A DNA stretch of 64,000 nucleotides from NCBI GenBank assembly GCA_963811105.1, contig CAWEPZ010000001.1:32001-96000 (forward strand), in the 5' to 3' direction. The position numbers were made by a program, and so were the translations under genes. How positions within the stretch are numbered: the stretch's first letter is position 1; each line of letters begins with the position of its first letter. The notes beneath the pieces are model-generated. The model had not been told where the DNA came from. It saw only the letters and a program-made list of their open reading frames with translations, and made no database searches. Positions 61,400 to 64,000 of this stretch are shown piece by piece. This DNA is from Candidatus Bathyarchaeota archaeon (GTDB taxonomy: Archaea > Thermoproteota > Bathyarchaeia > Bathyarchaeales > Bathycorpusculaceae).

Positions 61400-63112
61400 A
61401 TGTTGCTTTTGACAAAGAGAACCCAAACCTGCATAGTTATTCTTATTGTTACGCTTATACTTGCCATAACCATTCCAGAAATATCCCTTGTAGCATCAAC
61501 ATCTCCCGCTGACAGCTGGACAGCAAGCACATGGTTCCACCTTTACTCACCTGCGGGAAAAACCCCAGAAGGCGCAACCCTCGCAACCCTCAGTCCAACA
61601 GGTTTAACCCCGACCCAGATTCGGAAAGCCTACAATCTACCTGCGCAGGGTGGCAACGGAACAATTGCCCTAATCGATGCCTACGATTGCCCAACAGTTC
61701 AAAATGACTTTATCACATTTAGCAACCAATTCGGGTTACCCACAACAAACTTTCAAGAACACAAAATGACTCCAAACATTGCAGCTGATGCTGGTTGGGC
61801 AGTTGAGATATCGCTTGACGTGCAGTGGGCTCACGCTATAGCTCCAAACGCAACAATACTCCTGGTAGAGGCCAAGAGTAGCTCATTGGCTGATCTTCTT
61901 GCGGCAGTTAGTTACGCCACAAATCGTGCTGATGTGGTTGCAGTATCTATGAGTTGGGGTGGGTCTGAGTTTATAGGTGAAAGCACTTTGAATTCCTATT
62001 TTACCAGCAATCATGGCGTTGTCTTCTTTTCCTCTTCAGGAGACAGCGGATCTGGTGTAATCTGGCCTTCCTCTTCCTCGAATGTAGTTGCAGTTGGCGG
62101 GACATCCTTAAAGCTTAACCCTGATGGAACAGTTTCTTCAGAAACGGCTTGGAGCGGCAGCGGCGGCGGCATAAGTGTTTATGAATCAGAACCTCAATAT
62201 CAAATAACCTATAACATCTCAGGAGTTAATGGCAAACGTGGCATTCCTGATGTTTCTTACGATGCAGATCCAGCATCAGGCTTCCCGGTATATGACACAA
62301 CTGCTTACGGTGGGCAAACCGGGTGGTTCCAAGTTGGCGGAACAAGCGCAAGCGCTCCTCAATGGGCAGCTATACATTCTCTTGGGCTTTCGGTTTCAAG
62401 CAACAACTTGTACCAGAATGCAAAATGGAACAGCGCAACATACTTCAGAGATATCACTTCGGGATCAAACGGCGTATACTTAGCAGCTCCAGGGTACGAC
62501 CTAGTGACTGGCTTAGGCAGCCCCATAACCTGGAACTTTACAGCCGGAATCGGCTCTGACTTTTCTATTTCATCATCCCCCTCTACAATATCAGTGCGGA
62601 ATGGATCTTTGGGTAATTCCAACATCACAGTCAAATCTGTTAACGGCTTCGCTGGCAAAGTTTCTCTTTCAGCGTACCCACCTCCTGGTTGGACTGCATC
62701 ATTCAACTCCTCTTCGGTTGTTGTTCCTTTAGGTGGTTCAAATAAATCTGTGCTTTCCGTGACTACCTCCCCTGGGGCTAAAGCGGGAACATATAATGTC
62801 ACCATAGTAGGGTCTTACGGCTCACTAAATCACAATGCCTCATTAGCAGTAAACATTACGACTGGAACGACTTCAATCACGGGTTTCATTGTTCAGAGTG
62901 GAGGTAGTGGTTACACTACTCCTGCTGTAATCATTACGGGGGGAGGCGGATCAGGCGCTATGGCTACTGCAAGAGTCTCAAATGGCGTAGTCCTTGGCAT
63001 AGTGCTTACGAAATCGGGCACCGGTTATACTTCAACTCCTACCGTTAGCATCAGAGATCCTAGTCCAAGAGCCAAAGGCGCTGCTGCCATGGCATTACTC
63101 TCCTCAACTTGA
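61400..63112 (+). CDS. Secreted S53 (sedolisin-like) peptidase with C-terminal beta-rich modules
   Basis: [34 protein letters not shown]. Confidence 0.9.
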   Translation: MLLLTKRTQTCIVILIVTLILAITIPEISLVASTSPADSWTASTWFHLYSPAGKTPEGATLATLSPTGLTPTQIRKAYNLPAQGGNGTIALIDAYDCPTVQNDFITFSNQFGLPTTNFQEHKMTPNIAADAGWAVEISLDVQWAHAIAPNATILLVEAKSSSLADLLAAVSYATNRADVVAVSMSWGGSEFIGESTLNSYFTSNHGVVFFSSSGDSGSGVIWPSSSSNVVAVGGTSLKLNPDGTVSSETAWSGSGGGISVYESEPQYQITYNISGVNGKRGIPDVSYDADPASGFPVYDTTAYGGQTGWFQVGGTSASAPQWAAIHSLGLSVSSNNLYQNAKWNSATYFRDITSGSNGVYLAAPGYDLVTGLGSPITWNFTAGIGSDFSISSSPSTISVRNGSLGNSNITVKSVNGFAGKVSLSAYPPPGWTASFNSSSVVVPLGGSNKSVLSVTTSPGAKAGTYNVTIVGSYGSLNHNASLAVNITTGTTSITGFIVQSGGSGYTTPAVIITGGGGSGAMATARVSNGVVLGIVLTKSGTGYTSTPTVSIRDPSPRAKGAAAMALLSST

Positions 63113-63398
63113 GGAAATAACCTAATTATCTAAATTGGTTAGCACTCGCAAATAACAGTGGACTAACAATTGCATCTAAAAGAAGTCTGAAGAAGCACAA
63201 ACCAGGCGTTAAGACTAATATGAAGTGAATGATTATTTTAGGGCATGGGTAAGCAACATTTTAGCATGGGTTAAAGTAATGCCTCTATTTGAATTGGCTT
63301 ATTCTGAGCATTTTATTATTCAACTTCCAAAAAACACGATTTGTTACTGACTTGCGCCCCTTTGATTACCTTTCTTGCATGAGATGCCTTGCTTGGTT

Positions 63399-63420
63399 GT
63401 GGGTGTCACTTGACAGTCAC
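63399..63420 (+). promoter_or_regulatory. 22-bp palindromic operator copy
   Basis: GTGGGTGT-CACTTG-ACAGTCAC, then ATATTTTAAAAT. Confidence 0.65.
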
Positions 63421-63469
63421 ATATTTTAAAATACTTACAGTCAGGAAAATTACGTTGAGGAAATTTTTC

Positions 63470-64000
63470 ATGTCAAGCGCTCCCGATTCAGAGAAAAATG
63501 TAGAGGATATCTCCAAAAGGCGTTTCTTTAAATCAAGCACTGCTATTGCAGGTGCTCCAATTAAAGCATTGACAAAAGAAACCAATAGAAAACGTGTATT
63601 GGGACGACACAATTCTCCTGCAAGTAGATCAATGTCCCGCCGTACCTTCGTCAAAGTTGCAGCGGGAGGCGCAGCTATTGTTGGTCTAGCGTTTGCAGTA
63701 TCCAAGTCACTTCCAGAAGTAAAAGCTGTTCCTGGTTCGTCCACTGATTTGAAGTACACGGGCAAGGTAACACAAGCTGACAGACTAAAGGCAGCGGCAA
63801 ATCGACCAAAAGCCACAGTTATCGCGCCTACAGTTTCTCCGTCCCCTGGCGGTACACCTGACTATTTTGGCACCACACCTAACTACGCCAACAGCCCAAT
63901 GCCTACTGTTACTGGCACTCTTGGGACTGGTATTACTCTTAACGGTTTTTCTGTTACGAATAGTGGGTCGGGGTATACGACTCCTGCTGTTGTTCTCTCC
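63470..64000 (+). CDS. Tat-exported protein, probably an OmpB-like multicopper oxidase N-terminus (partial)
   Basis: Open frame to the window edge; SRRTFVK followed by a hydrophobic region; PGGTPDYFGTTPNYANSP; SGSGYTTP module. Copper motifs are not in the window. Confidence 0.7.
   Translation, partial: MSSAPDSEKNVEDISKRRFFKSSTAIAGAPIKALTKETNRKRVLGRHNSPASRSMSRRTFVKVAAGGAAIVGLAFAVSKSLPEVKAVPGSSTDLKYTGKVTQADRLKAAANRPKATVIAPTVSPSPGGTPDYFGTTPNYANSPMPTVTGTLGTGITLNGFSVTNSGSGYTTPAVVLS

Noticed and set aside
1-64000. CRISPR array, rRNA, intact tRNA, intact IS element
   Set aside because: No regularly spaced repeats, cloverleaf or transposase ORF seen by eye

Overview
Archaeal chromosomal segment, inferred to be Bathyarchaeia from the fused RpoA'/A'', the lineage-typical PQQ-like propeller surface protein and the wHTH-TM regulator. 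1-15.3 kb: oligopeptidase F, an orphan DNA methyltransferase, rpoB-rpoA-rpl30e-nusA, and a convergent, translationally coupled three-gene operon whose products resemble a minimal eukaryotic-type Smc5/6 complex (short SMC ATPase with no hinge or hook, Nse4/ScpA-like kleisin, Nse1/Nse3-like KITE). About 15.4-33.2 kb: an accessory, scar-rich region of small stress and metal-binding genes and decayed remnants (integrase, PolX, wHTH). Many of these genes share a 22-bp imperfect palindrome (GTNRYTGY-N6-RCARTCAC) lying 3-6 nt (usually 5-6) before a TATA-like box, 14 copies in the window, and the region also holds a candidate structured ncRNA. 33-54 kb: mostly housekeeping and repair genes (nucS, ppa, pdaD, cdc6, moaCBA, XPB-Bax1, LDH/MDH, Lhr, apgM), several broken by single-base insertions that look like assembly artefacts. 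54-64 kb: membrane, surface and Tat-export genes. No CRISPR array, rRNA or intact tRNA was seen. All family calls come from motif recognition by eye, not database searches.
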